Part shown: piece after piece, positions 27,107 to 39,700 of the stretch
How the letters are laid out: each line of letters opens with the position of its first letter
Position numbering within the stretch: position 1 is the stretch's first letter
Assembly: GCA_013265495.1 (NCBI GenBank)
Contig: MU058065.1
Coordinates: forward strand, 3,575,003 to 3,639,002
DNA: 64,000 bases
Direction of reading: 5' to 3'
Source of the DNA: Vicugna vicugna
Lineage: Eukaryota
Notes under the pieces: model-generated
The model's database searches: none
Told to the model about the DNA's origin: nothing
The model's input: only the letters and a program-made list of their open reading frames with translations
Translations under genes and position numbers: made by a program

Positions 27107-27146
27107 TGTGTGTGTGTGTGTGTGTGCGCACGCGCGTGCATGTGTG
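27107..27146. repeat. (TG)10 plus an alternating purine-pyrimidine extension in the PAX3 3' UTR
   Basis: (tg)10 cgcacgcgcgtgcatgtgtg. Confidence 0.92.
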
Positions 27147-28083
27147 ATTTATCTCGACTGGTTTGGGCAAGCAGACTGTTCTGAAATATAGTCAGAGGAA
27201 ATTCGAAAGTAAAACGTGTTTGATGTCCAACGCTGACACGTCCACAACTTTAAAACTGCTCAGTCCATGAAGCGGGATCGGAGGAATCCTTGACTTCTAC
27301 ACACTGGAAATGGATATAAAAATAAATGCCACCATTTTTAGGAAGTTAGACTAGATGTAAAGGACCTCCCCAATAAATTATTTGTTATCGTATCCTCATT
27401 TGTAACTCGCTTGTCAATTACAGGTCCTGGGTGGACACCTCTTGTTAACAGGATGTGGGGGAACGGGAAGAAAAGCTTGTTTCCGCTCTCAGTGTGGGAC
27501 AGGTGTGTGACATTGGCCCAATTTATTTGCATTTGGAAGCCAACCTGGGCAGGGAGTAGGGCGTGGTGAAGAAGTGATTTGCATTCCCACAGCTGCTTAC
27601 CAGTGTGCAATACTGTGTACCTCACGGAGCTTTGGCAACGGCCAGGGCTATGGAAACAGAACCAGAACTCTTATTTTTGCAGGTGCTTTATTTTCGCAGC
27701 CCATGGTTCACTGTGGGAGAGTGAGTGAATGAAGAACAGTGATCTTTGCCATTTGGTGGACAACCAACACCCGGCTTGCTCCTTTTGATTAGAGACCATG
27801 TTCTAGAAAAATGCTTTTAAAATGACTACGTTTACATTCTTCTCTTTTCTATGAAAGGCAGGGCAACCACAGAAATGTCCACGTGGCTCTCATGCAGTTT
27901 TAAATTATACAATAATATCCGACATCAAAAGATTATAGGAACTGAGGTTTACATACGTTTGTGTGGTGACATTTTAGAATGTCAATAAATTTTTTTTTGA
28001 GATGTTAAGAGGAACAAGAAGGTGAAAGGCAGTGTTATTTATTTCTTGCTATTCTTGGAATCATGAACGAGGTAGACACAAAT

Positions 28084-28090
28084 ACATTCC
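28084..28090 (+). promoter_or_regulatory. miR-1/miR-206 7mer-m8 target site
   Basis: ACATTCC in the distal 3' UTR. Confidence 0.7.
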
Positions 28091-28281
28091 TTTTAGAGCT
28101 AAGAACTATGATGTAGTGAGTTAGTAAGACTAGACATAGTACTGAGTTGAGTTCCTGCATTGGTCTTAGAGGGTGACGGATCGAGAGAAGAGCTATCTGT
28201 GCTGCAGCCTCAGCCAACAACAATGTGTTGTAAAAATGTCTTTCATGTAAAAAGTGCAGTAAATATTTACTATTTATAATG

Positions 28282-28350
28282 AATAAACAGTTATGAAAAC
28301 TTGCGCAACACTGCTTTTTTGGGGGAACTGGTGAATGCAGTATTAATAAA
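28282..28350 (+). terminator. Candidate distal poly(A) signals
   Basis: AATAAA at 28282-28287 and 28345-28350, with upstream TGTA elements (ttgtaaaa, catgtaaaa). Confidence 0.6.
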
Positions 28351-28839
28351 AACTTGGAAATGGGGAACCAACAAAATATCTGCTTCACTTCTAGTGCCTT
28401 TTCGATCAGACTATCACATGGACGAATAAGGTTACACGACCCACACCTGTGTTCTCTCGAAGCCGCTTGGGTGGACATACTTGAAGGACTGAAGTTTGTA
28501 TTTTCACGGATGTGGAGTCTAGAAAAGCCCCTCAAGCTCACCTTCCTCTCTCCTTGGTTCTCTTAGAGCTATCAGCGCCCTTCACTGGCACATGGAAGTG
28601 TGTTTTCCCACAGAGTACTTAATTCCGTCTTCATTGCCAACAGTCATATCCACTGAGATTTTTATTGAAAGTTCTTATGTTTTATTTTGTTTTAGAAACT
28701 TTCTTGAATCTTCATTGAAAAAAACATTGCTGCCTATTTTATCCATTTTTCCTCCCTCCCTCCTTTCTTCTCTTCCATCTTTTCCCCTCCCCTCTTCTTT
28801 CCCCTCCCTCCTTTCCTTTAACACTTATTTGAACACTTA

Positions 28840-29012
28840 TTTATTTTATTTGATTTATTTTAAAATTCTTTAAAACATTTTATTTATTAATTTTTTTGAA
28901 GGGGGAGGTAATTAGGTTTATTTATATATTTTTAGAGGAGGTACTGGGGATTGAACCCAGGACCTTGTGCATGCTAAGCATGCATTCTAGAGCTTGAGCT
29001 GTACCCTCGCCC
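28840..29012 (-). mobile_element. tRNA-derived SINE (camelid Vic-1-like)
   Basis: T-rich tail, then gggggaggtaattaggtttattta...ggtactggggattgaacccaggacc (antisense B box)...tgagctgtaccctcgccc. Shares this sequence with two other copies in the window. Confidence 0.88.
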
Positions 29013-29189
29013 TCTAGACACTTAGTTAATGAGAATCTAAATGCACAGAGTGTGGTGCTTGGCTCTGGTGTTATAGCAGTACTTACAACCTAGTAGGCAA
29101 GGCAGAGAAGTAAACATATGGCTACAAGAAAGCATGAGGGCTCTTTTTATTGGGGAAATGATCATAATACTCTTTGAGGCTCTTATTTG

Positions 29190-29330
29190 TATTAACTTAT
29201 TTATTCCTCCCAACATCTTACATGAGGCAGGTGATGCCATGAGTATTCTATGTGAGATTGCTCAGTGGCAGAGCTGGGATTTGGGACACCCAGGCTGTCC
29301 AACTTCAGAGCCTATGAGCTTAAAGTCACA
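29190..29330 (-). mobile_element. MIR fragment
   Basis: agtggcagagctgggatttgg...caggctgtccaacttcagagcct. Confidence 0.6.
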
Positions 29331-29389
29331 CTCTCCGCTTCCCCAAGGCCAGACTGGTATGAGAGAAACTTATAATCAGAAAGATCTAA

Positions 29390-29595
29390 AGGGGTGCTGC
29401 CTAGCTGTATGGCTATTTAAATTAAAAGTAATTAAAAGTAAATAAGTAAATAAAAGTAAAACAAATAAAATTAAAATTCAGTTGAACTAGTCACATCTCC
29501 AGTATGCAATAACCACATGTGGCCAGAAGCTACCATACTGGGCAGTGATTAAGAACATTCCCATTGTTGCAGAAAAATCTGTTGGTTGGTACGGA
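29390..29595. mobile_element. MER3/MER33-like hAT remnant
   Basis: tggctatttaaattaaa...aaattcagtt...actagtcacat...ccacatgtggccagaagctaccatactgg...gaacattcccattgttgcagaaaaatctgttgg. Confidence 0.7.
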
Positions 29596-29804
29596 TCTGA
29601 ACCATGTGAGTTCATCTTTTAAAAATGATAAGGAGTAGACGTGCAGTAGATAAAAATGTCCAAATTCTTTAAATGCTTTAAGGTCTTTTTAGCACGCACA
29701 TTCATCCTTCCAAATATATCGCCCCTTTTCTGACAATTATCTCTCCCAAAAACAACACAAGAGGAAAGGAAGGTAATCCTTACTGAACACTGACTTTTGT
29801 TATC

Positions 29805-29950
29805 TCGCTTAATCTTCACAAAATCCTTGTGAGGGGGGCATTATTAGCCCCAATTTACAGAAAAATGGACTGAGGTCCAGAATTGTTCATTGCTTTGGCC
29901 AAAGTCACACATGGTCAGAAACTGCAGAAGCAGGCTCTGACTTCTGCCCA
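29805..29950 (-). mobile_element. MIR fragment
   Basis: ttaatcttcacaaaatccttgtgagg...ttattagccccaatttacag...actgaggtccaga...gccaaagtcacaca. Confidence 0.7.
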
Positions 29951-32900
29951 ACCTGAGGGCAGAACTCATTATGATTTCACTGTTTGCAGTACTTACTTCA
30001 TTATGTCAGTCTATTCTCATGCCAAACTCAGGTTGAAAACGGGCATTTAGAAGACAAAAAATCATTCACTCCCGATACACGAGAGACATGCTACCAGGAT
30101 GCGGGATTATTCAATAGAAAATGATCTTATGTATCACTTTCCCTTCCCTCCTGATCTCAGAGCTTGCCGTGTGTGGCTCATCTCTCTTTCTGATGTACTT
30201 TATACCCTTCTCTTATTTCTGCATGTCTCTGAGATCTGTTGCTCTGCTCATATTTCTTACGTTGACAGTCTCTGTAGATCACTTTTTCTTTAACTTTTTT
30301 TTGTTTGGTCTAATCCATCTCCAGGGAAATGGGGATCTGACATCCCCTAGTCCTAACCCCAGCAGTTGAGATCCCTGCTCTCACGCACTGGGCCAGGCAG
30401 CCCTCGGGACTTTGACGTCTTGGCATTCAACTGAGTTCAAACCTGACTGTGTGCGAAGGGTTTCCCCTCTGTCCATGTAGTTATAGAATTTAATTCGAAA
30501 GCTTTAAATATAAAAACTGCAATTTAGAGTTTAAAATTATTAAATCGTGGATATACTGATGTCAGCGGACAGGTCATTCCTTGGCAGCAATTTTCCCAGA
30601 GATAGATATATTTTACATCTGTGATGGAAACAAACATATTGCTTTAGGCTTTTAATTAGCCCAATTTTGAAATGCACTTTCACACACACTTGGATATTTA
30701 GGGAACATCCTTATATTAGACGAGATGTTCATTAATGTTGGCATATGGAACCAGTGACATGGACCAGGTCACTGGCTCACGGTTGTGAGTTTAGAAAGAG
30801 ACTTAAATGGGGGAGGGAGATGGATTAAATAATGCCCCTTTTGTGGACATGCTGTGGAAGAATCAATCCTGAAACTGCATAATTGTTGCATGGAGCCGGA
30901 ACCAAGATCTCTGTAGAAGGAAATCCATTTTGAGGATGGGGACTTGGACCTCAACCATTCTGAGTAAATGATTTTTGGTGTTTAATCATTTATGGATAAG
31001 AAGAGCTGGCATCAGACCTCAAGGAGCAGAACAAAGGCAAGTGACATTTATACAAAGAGATCCACAGGCCAGCCTCAGCCCTGGACAAGCACTCATGGAT
31101 CCAAACTCACTGTTAGGTGATACATGAGAGGATAGGAGGAAAGAGGGCTTGGTTTAGGCTTCTTGCCAAATGCCAGTGATGTAGGCTAGCTCCATCTTCT
31201 TCATAGATCCACTCTTTGACAGTGCTGACCCCTGTAACCCCAGGGCCTAGTGCCATGCCTGACCTGTAATGAGGACTCGGCACCTGTTTGTTGAACACAT
31301 GAACAAACAAGTGAATGGCCCTCTGATACCATCCTAACACGATCTTCTGAAGAGGGTCTCGACCTCAAGGATGTGTGAATTGGGGTGCACAGGTTTGATA
31401 TTATAATAGCCCCTGAGGTATAGGGGCCAGGCCTTTCGGCCCACGTAAAAGCAAAGGCACATGGCATTGGTGCAGAGTCTTAGGACAAGAGTGTGCGGGC
31501 TAACAGAGGGCCTCGCAAATCCCCGAGAAGCTGTATTTTTGATGTTTCCGACTGATGCAGGTGCCCATGGTGGTGATTTTTTTAGATTCAAAGAGGATTA
31601 GAATGGAAAAGGGAAATAATCAGTTGGTTTATTGCTTAGAGCACTGGTTCTTAGCCCTGGCTGTGTAGTAATCTGAGGAATTATGTAAAAAAAAGGCTAG
31701 TGCCTGGGCCTTGACCACTGGACTCAGAATGCACAGGGATGTGTGCAAGGAGGATTTATGAAGCAAGAGCTCAGAGAGAAGACTTTGGCTGCCTTGAAAC
31801 CTCGGTCCCTCTTGACCAGAAAACTGACGGATGAGGTATTGGAGACCTGAAGCAGTGGTCAGAGTCATACACAACAGCACGGCTGAGAGGAGAAAGCCAT
31901 TTTGGCATATGGAGACACAATGGCCTCATCTTGAGCCAGAGAGGGTAGGGTGGAGAGGTAGCAGGCCAGTGGTGCCATGTGAGGCTGAGTTGTGCAATTA
32001 CTCTTTGGTTGGCACTGTGCTATGAGCCCATCATGCCTGCAGCTGGAGGTCTGTAAAACCCCACCACAAAGTCAGTAATGCTCGGGCTTTTCCCCAAAAA
32101 GTGTGTTGACATCTGGTTCCCTAAGGCTCTTGTAATTCTAGGCCATTCAGGGGAGTTTTAATCATGGCATTGAAAACCTTTTGATCCTGCTAAGATGGCT
32201 CACCCAGCTCCATGAAGCTGAACACTCATACAGTTTCTGAATCTTGAAAATAACCCACACAAATGTCAGCTTCTTTCTCTACTTGTAGAGTGAGGGGTAG
32301 AGACAGTGTTTTTTATTTCCTAATTAATAAATGTGTTGGATACTTATTGAGCTCCTACTGTATGCTGGGTGGTGGGACTATAATGGGGAATGAGACAGTT
32401 CTGGGTGTCAAAAGACCATCAGCTCTGAATCATTAAACAAAGACTTGGAACACAAAGTAATGTGTAAGGAAAAGTTAGTATGGGAACCCAAGGAAAGCAT
32501 ACATTACTCCACCTGCATTAGAACACTTTTCAGGGGAGAGACTCCGGAGCTGAATCTCTAAGGATAAAGAGAAAGTTACAGGGCAGAGGCAGCAGCAAAG
32601 GATGTGTCAGCTCCATTTTCATATGATGTCGGCTGTGGGGTTGCCAGACAAAAGAAGCCAGGGAGGTCAGATAGGGCTGGAATCTGAATCTCCAGTAAGA
32701 CAGAACCACAGCTAGAACCTTCTGGAAATCTCTAGCTTATAGGGCCTAGAGAATCTGAGATTAGGCAAAATAGGGCAATTCTTTTTTCCATAAAAATGGA
32801 TTGAGAGACTTTCAACATTAGGGGCCTGATAAGAATTTAGTGGGAGAAGGAACATTTACCTGCCATGATCATCGCTTGCCTAAGCTGGCCCCCAAAAGCT

Positions 32901-33518
32901 TGGTAAGGGTGTAATGCCCATTCTTAGTGGCCCAGCTGCATTTTCATCAGTGGAGAGCTCTTTGTTGGAAGCCTGGTAGTTGCAGTGCCTTCATTACAGG
33001 CTGACAGGAATGATCCATTCTTACTAATTATCCAAATGTGTGTAATTGGAAGCTTGGTCGAGGATGGATCTCAAGATATCTTTGCCTAACCTTGATAGGC
33101 AATAGTGGGAAAAAGAGCCTTTCTTTCTCTTTTCTTAAGCTCCAAGTTTAAACTCTTCTTTGGAGCAAACAGAACCCCTACTCCTTCTTTCCCAAACACA
33201 CTCCAGTGGGTCTCTTTGTTTTATAAAGGGAAAGCAAATACCCTACTCTGAGATCAAGAGTAAAGACTTTATAGATGTATGTACACGTGATGGAAGCTAA
33301 GCGGTTTTCAGAAGGATGTCAAAGTCTACCTTTGTAGGTGGAGTTTTATGTTTGCCTATTTCATTTACTTGTAAGAAGTCAATTACTTCTTTCTGGGCTT
33401 GGAAAAATAGGGACCTGCTCAAGGGAAGTAAACTCTTCCCCAGAGCACAGTGGCAGGCTGAGAGCCCTGGTGGAAGCACTTGGGTCCGTGGTTGCTGTCC
33501 TCTCAGACAAGCATGGTC

Positions 33519-33975
33519 TGTATCAGTCAGGGTCAACAGAAAGCAGATGCCACACTTGAATTTGGAAAATTAGAGAATGGTTGTTAATAAAGAGACTATT
33601 TACAAAGTTGGGGGTGTAGGGGAATCCCGATGGATCATGCAGAAACCTGGGGAGAGTAGCAGAGCTGCTATGCAGTGGAGAGGGAGAGCTCACTGGAACC
33701 TGGAGGGAGAGACTCACAGAGAGCAGTTGGCTCTGATGAAGGGATGTCCAGACGTCCAGAAGCAACTGCAAGGGAGGGAGCCAAGGGAAAAGTGTTCTGG
33801 CTTCACATTTGTCTCCATGTATTCCTCCTGGGGCTTCTGTTGGCTGACCCCCTCTAGAAGCCAGAGGGCACAGAAAGTCAAGCATGTGGGTCCACATAGC
33901 ATCTCCTTACATTGAGAGTAGGTTGGAAAAGGGTGGGGAGGGGCTGGAGAGGGGCTTGGAAGGGTCCACAAATTG
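33519..33975 (-). mobile_element. Solo ERVL-class LTR (LTR33-like)
   Basis: tgtatcagtcagggtcaacagaaagcagatgccacact...taataaagagactatttacaaag...agccagagggca. Family assigned from memory of the consensus. Confidence 0.65.
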
Positions 33976-35362
33976 TACCTTAGGGTTAAGTTTTCTGCTT
34001 TGCATTCTCTTCCTCCTATCTCCCACCCTTTAGAAAAGACAGGCCTTAGCGATCATCTTCGGGAAATAAGAGGAGGATCCATGCCCAAGTTGGGGAGAAG
34101 TGATGCAACATGAGCAGATGCTACTTGAGGAAGGCTGGAGTGAGGAGGCTCGAGGTGTCATGCACAGCAGTCACCCAAGGTCAGGGAGTTGACTGAGGTG
34201 GCAAAGTGAGACTTATACGAGATGCAATCATTTACCAAGAATCCTCAGGGTAGTTTGGATGAGACGACTCTAGTGGAAGGCTGGATTTCTTGGGGCGAAG
34301 CAGGATGGGTATTTGCATTCTAAGGAGCTGGGCATAAAAAAGTACGTGAAAATGTTCTTTTATAGTTCCCATAGCAAGAGATCTGGAGCATCGAACTTGC
34401 CTCCATAAACAGTTTCACAACTGTTTTAAACTTGTCTATCTCCTCCATAGTTTAAGTTTCTGGAAAATGAGGGCAGTGTCTTGGTTATTCTTATATTTCT
34501 GACTTTATTTTGCTAATTGTCAACCTACTTGATCTGTTTATTGAATGGAGTCAAATTTTTGCTTACCATTTATACTTGGCCATTATGCAGTACATGAATA
34601 GTTCTTCATATCTTAAATATAATAGATTAACTTATTTTCAGTTATTAATTTAAATATTAAATTCTGTAATTGTGTGTTTTAGTCCTTATAGTTTGCAGAT
34701 AATGTAATATAGGTGGTGCCTCACAAGTGGAAGAAATAGGAAAGGTATCTAGGGCTTCAGTGAGTTCACTGCATCTGCTCTATTTCCCACAGTTGGGGGG
34801 GTGATTAAAAAGACAAAATAAATCACAATTTATACTTTAAGAAGCCCCTAATCTATGAATGAATTTATAATATAGTTTGTAAGTCCAGTTGATGACAGCT
34901 AAATTTCAGTATACTTTTGTATTAAAAGTAAAGAAAGGGTTTTCTAAGAAAATTATGGTGTAAATATGATTATGTTAATATAACAAGCCTACTTAATAAA
35001 ATCAGGTCTTTGAGATCACAAAAGGAATCATTTGAAAATGAACAAAGTTGTATGGCAATTGTAATTCAGAGGAACATGAATTTTTTTTTAAAAAGAACTC
35101 CTAGAAATTTATACTTGGTAACATTTCATTTGTTGGTAAAGTTACTATACATATTTGATAATAAAGCTAAATTTCTTAAGGAATTGTCTGTCAATTCAAT
35201 TTTGCTTCAGTTAGAAAAATTAAAGACAATAGTCCAACTCTAGAGAGAGTGTGACAGACACGTTGTTCTGACAACATCAGGGACATTTTTTCAGCCTTAT
35301 GTATTCTTTTCCAGTCTTTAGTTAAGTAAACCAATGTATTTTCATGATCATTCAATTACCTT

Positions 35363-35711
35363 TATCTTAGTCAGTTCAAGCTGCTATAACAGAATGTCAT
35401 AGACTGGGTGGCTTATAAACAACAGAAATTTATTTCTTATGCTTCTGAAGGCTGGTAAGTCCAAGAACAAGACACTGGCAGATTCCGTGTCAGGCAAGAG
35501 CCTGCTTCTTGGTTCACAGGTGGTTATCTTCTCACTGTGTCCTCACATGATGGCAGGAGGAAGGCAGCTCTCAGGGCTCTCTTTTATGAGGGCAGGAATC
35601 CCACTCACGAGGGCTCCACCCTCACGACCTAATCATCTCCCGAAAGCTCCCACCTCCAAATACCATCACATCAACAACTGGATTCTGGGGGGACACATTC
35701 AGTCTAGAGCG
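35363..35711 (-). mobile_element. Solo MaLR LTR (MLT1A-like)
   Basis: tcttagtcagttcaagctgctataacagaat...agactgggtggcttataaacaacagaaatttatttct...acacattcagtctagagc. Imperfect 5-bp TSD acctt/acatt. Confidence 0.88.
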
Positions 35712-36299
35712 ACATTTAAAACAACATTTTTTAGACAGTAAAATGGAATTTTAGAAAGGAAAAAAGATCACTGTGTATGCCAGTTCTTACTTAGTTGTCT
35801 CATTTCTCCATGTATCCACTGTAATTTTCACAACTTTTGGTTGTTGGCGTGATTGAGACTGAGTCACAGAGATTTCTATGTGTTCTATTTCTCTTTTGTG
35901 CTCAGACTTCTGCTCTGCCTACAGTGTACAATAAAGAAAATGCTAATAAGTAAATTCCTTAAATCTGTTTGTTTTTTTGCAAGATTTAAGCACTTTGTTT
36001 ATTTGTTTGTTTTGGCTTCTTATCTGACGTTACCTCTTTCCCTTTTTTTTTTTGTTCTTACAGTCAAAGTTAACATTGGAAATAAGACACCATCTTAAGA
36101 ATTGTTTGTAGGAAAATGTCACCATACATATTTCTATATTTGTAGTCTTTCTCTTTAATTGTGGCTATCAAAGGGTTTGAGGAGTAGGAGTTCCGTATCT
36201 GCGATGGTCTGTTTAACACTTTAGAATTTCAAGGAATGTTCATATATATATATATTATATTGATCTTCCCAATATCTTCAAGAAGAAGGCAGACCAGGA

Positions 36300-36430
36300 A
36301 TACAGTCCTCATTTTACAACAGGGATGTTAAGCAACAGAAAGGTCAAGTGATTGTCCGAAGTTTCACATTCAGCTGCTAAAGGTAGAGTCAGGAATGCAA
36401 CTCAGGTTTCCTGATTCTATTTAGTTATGT
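36300..36430 (-). mobile_element. MIR fragment
   Basis: cctcattttaca...agaaaggtcaagtgattgtccgaagtttcaca...agagtcaggaatgcaactcaggtttcctgattc. Confidence 0.65.
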
Positions 36431-39139
36431 CTCCACAATACCATGCTTCAATTAGAATATGTCCTTGGTGGGTACTTAAACACCCACAAAATGCTTAGCA
36501 TCGTTGTCTGTTAGACCTCTGCTCATATTATTTAAACTTGTAAGAGCTACTGGCTTTCTAGGTTTTATTTACAAGGCATTGTGAATCACTGGCTATTCCT
36601 CTAGTATAATACAGAACTGGTTTTTAAGATATTGCCAGCTGGCTGGTGGAAAGTATAATGAACATAGTCATTCAACTCATACAGTATTTGCAGTTCCAGA
36701 ATTATTATGCAGATGTAGATGGTGGAGAGTAGAGGGGAGCAATGAGAATGGAAGAAAGGGAGGTCTAAGCTGCATTTGAAGCTTATTGATAAATATAATG
36801 TCAATTGTCCATATGATGAAATAATGAGCTTGAGAGGGAGCTGGGCTCAGTCCAAGTGCCTTGCATAATATCATGTTAATGCCTCTGTATTTTATTCTAA
36901 AGGTGAAGGGATACCACTGATTAGTAACTTAGGAAATCATAAGTGTACTATTTTTTTTGAGCTTTGGCAAAAATGTAATGTTTAAAAATCCTTACAGCAA
37001 CTCAAAAATGTGGTAACACTGTCTGATACTCAGAAAGTTTAAGCACCATGCCTACAGCCACATGGCAAAACTTTTGCCCAGTGAGATGCTGAAGATGTAG
37101 AAGAAAGAGGTCAGGTATGGACAATGATGGAAGAAAGCAAGTCCTTGCAAAGTAGGAAGGCAATGAATAAGATGCAGTGTGCATTGAGAGGGACTGACTT
37201 ATCCAGGAAACAAGAGAAGCTTTTAAAACATTTTTCTACTTAAATCAGGGAAGTAAGGGAGAACATGGACATATTGGCAGTGGATGCGGAGTCCACAAGG
37301 TTGCAGAAGTTCTCCTCTGCTGCCTCTGTTTTCTCTGAAGCTGAGCACAGCGGGAGGAGGTAAACATCTTAAATGGCATCAGTGGAGCAGTGAGGGATCA
37401 GTCTTGGGACACAGAGAGGACGTGCAGCAGCCTTGAGCATCTAGGAGACGGCGGGATGATTTTCTTTAGCCGTGCTTCATGGCTCAGGCATAGGGACTGA
37501 GTGTACTGGAGATTGGATCGATTCTTTTAGGGGGATTTGCAGCATCACCAGCTAAGGGTGAGTGGTGAAAAGTTCACTGGAGAGGATGGAAGGGGCTGAA
37601 TCTTGCAGAGCTTTGAAGGTCATTGTAAGAGTTTCCTCCTAAATACATATGAAGTTGCTAGACTAGGGTTTTAAAGCAGAGAGAAACACAACCTGATAAC
37701 ACATTGGTGGAACGATCATTTTGGAGAGCTGCTTTTTGGTGTTTGGGACAAGATCCGAGATGGGATCCACTGTACACCAGAGAACAGATGACCTCATCTC
37801 TGCCTGGGGATTCCACAGATACAATGAAAATGAACCCCAAGCTACTGTGCTTGTCAGGGTTACAAAGTATAGGGGACATTCCTCTGAGACAACCCTCCTC
37901 CTACTCCTTTGCATCTTTGTGTCCTTAAAAATGACATATCACTCAAAGTAGTCTTCTGAAGGCAGTGGAGCCTAATGCTATAGATTTTAAGGACTCCAAA
38001 CCTAGGTTTTAAATTCTCAGTGGGCAAACTAAATTTTTTCATGAGCTGATCTAATTTCTCTAAAATAATTTCAAACTCTGTAAAGAAAGAGAAATGGTGA
38101 TAGCTTCTTTGCTGGACCCTACTGAGGTCCAATTAAATGTTAGATAAATTAAATGTTATCTCGCATATGCCTGGCCGATGGTAAACAGTCACTAAATGTT
38201 AGCAATTGATATTATTATTTAATCACATTAATTATAATATACAGATTATAAAATATGCTCCTGGTTTTTAAACTTGCACATTAACCCATCCAGTCACTAA
38301 AATAATGGAGGGATAATTTTGAATGACCATAAAAGGAGAAGCCACAAATAACCCTTTTATGTGAACTTAATTTATTGAGCAGATGTATTCATAGTTTCTT
38401 TTTTATTGCCATATATGGTCATAGTTTTCAAATGACTCTCTCTTACCACTGAGAGTTCTCAAAATAATGAAACTGAAGCTGCAAACAGGAAAATGATAAG
38501 CTGACCTCTGCTCACAAAGAATCCTTACTGTTGATGGCTTATTTATTAGGGTGATGTTTCATTCTAAAGTATGTTTCTAAGATGCAAAGGAAGCACCAGT
38601 AAGGGTCAGTCTGAGACTGTGGTCTCCAATGCCCCCACCTCCTGTGCTTATACACAGAGGCATGTCTCACTGCGAGACTGATTCTTACAGCGTGTGATGG
38701 CACTGGGGGAGCAGTTACTGGGGATATCAGGAAGGTCCTGGATAGGAGCATTTCTAGTTATTTTTGGTTTGGACTTTATAGGGGTGTGTACACGTAGGGA
38801 GGAAATTGTGAGAAGAGTTTTGCAGGCACAAGTCTGTGGGCTTTTAACCTTATGATCCAGGGCAGGAGGTGGTCTACTGTTTGATGATGCAAATGGTGAT
38901 TCCCGTCTGTCTTCTTTGCTGGAAAAGCCCCAACTTTGTTCAGTTGTGTCACAGTCATGTACCCGGGCCAGATGAACCCACTGAAATCCAGGACGTAGTG
39001 GGGAGACAAGGAAGAATTGCTTTCCACCAATACCACCGACACACTCTTGAAGATGAGAGTGAGGCAAATACTCAAAATCATGTTAACAATTAGAATGTGA
39101 CCTGGGAGTCATTGAGACCTGGGCTCTAACTGTTTTATT

Positions 39140-39700
39140 CACTCATTTGGAAAATGCTTTTTGAGAATCTTCTGCTAGCCAAGAATTGTTTTAGTGTCTT
39201 TGATGTTTTGTTCAACAAACAGACTTGGTTCCTGGCTTCTGAAGCTCATGCAGGGAAGATAGATATAAATGAGTAAAGATGTAAACATATAATTAGAAAT
39301 TATGCTGAGTGTTGGGCAGGAAAAGAATAAGATGAAAAGAGAGATTAATGAGACCTACTTAGTCTTCAGGGAAGGCCTGGCACGGAATGAAAAGAAATGA
39401 GCCTTGGGAGGTGAGTGGAGAAGTTTTCTAAGCAGAGGGACTAGCATATGTGGTGGCCTGGATCTGAGAAAGAGCTTTGCTTGTTTGAGGTACTGAAGGT
39501 AGGTCCTTGCATCTGGATGCAGAGGTGGACTGTGGCAAAAGATGAGGCTGGCCTGGGCTGGGTCATGCCTGGTCCCCTGGAGGCCACAGTGAGGAACGTG
39601 GATTTGATGCTGTATATGCAATGGGAAGGGACTCAGGACTTTCCATTTTGGAGGAGGGAAATTATCTAATTTCTATCCTCCGTGGAGGATGTGTTGGAGG
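39140..39700 (-). mobile_element. LINE-2 remnant
   Basis: tattcactcattt...tcagggaaggcct...agcagagggactagcatatg...gatgaggctgg...ggatttgatgctgtatatgcaatgggaag. Confidence 0.65.

Larger units (their letters stand above)
26789..28370 (+). other. PAX3: PAX3 3' UTR, long form; 3' end approximate
   Basis: Follows the PAX3d stop and lacks recognisable interspersed repeats. AATAAA at 27321, 27372, 27984, 28282 and 28345. Confidence 0.75.

Noticed and set aside
27708..27718. Possible miR-27 site (tcactgtggga)
   Set aside because: The seed match requires ACTGTGA. This is imperfect, and I cannot confirm it is the ortholog of the reported Pax3 site.
28035..28541. 168-aa antisense ORF across the PAX3 3' end
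   Set aside because: Non-ATG start, no recognisable domain, and composition typical of translated UTR.
28573..28591. CTCF-like motif (reverse strand GCCAGTGAAGGGCGCTG) just past the gene, considered as part of the EPHA4-PAX3 TAD boundary
   Set aside because: It mismatches the core AG positions, and I saw no convincing CTCF cluster by eye. A PWM scan and ChIP liftover are needed, and the boundary may lie outside the window.
38570..39090. Overlapping ORFs and a possible LTR-like segment
   Set aside because: No recognisable protein, and the repeat family could not be assigned from sequence alone.
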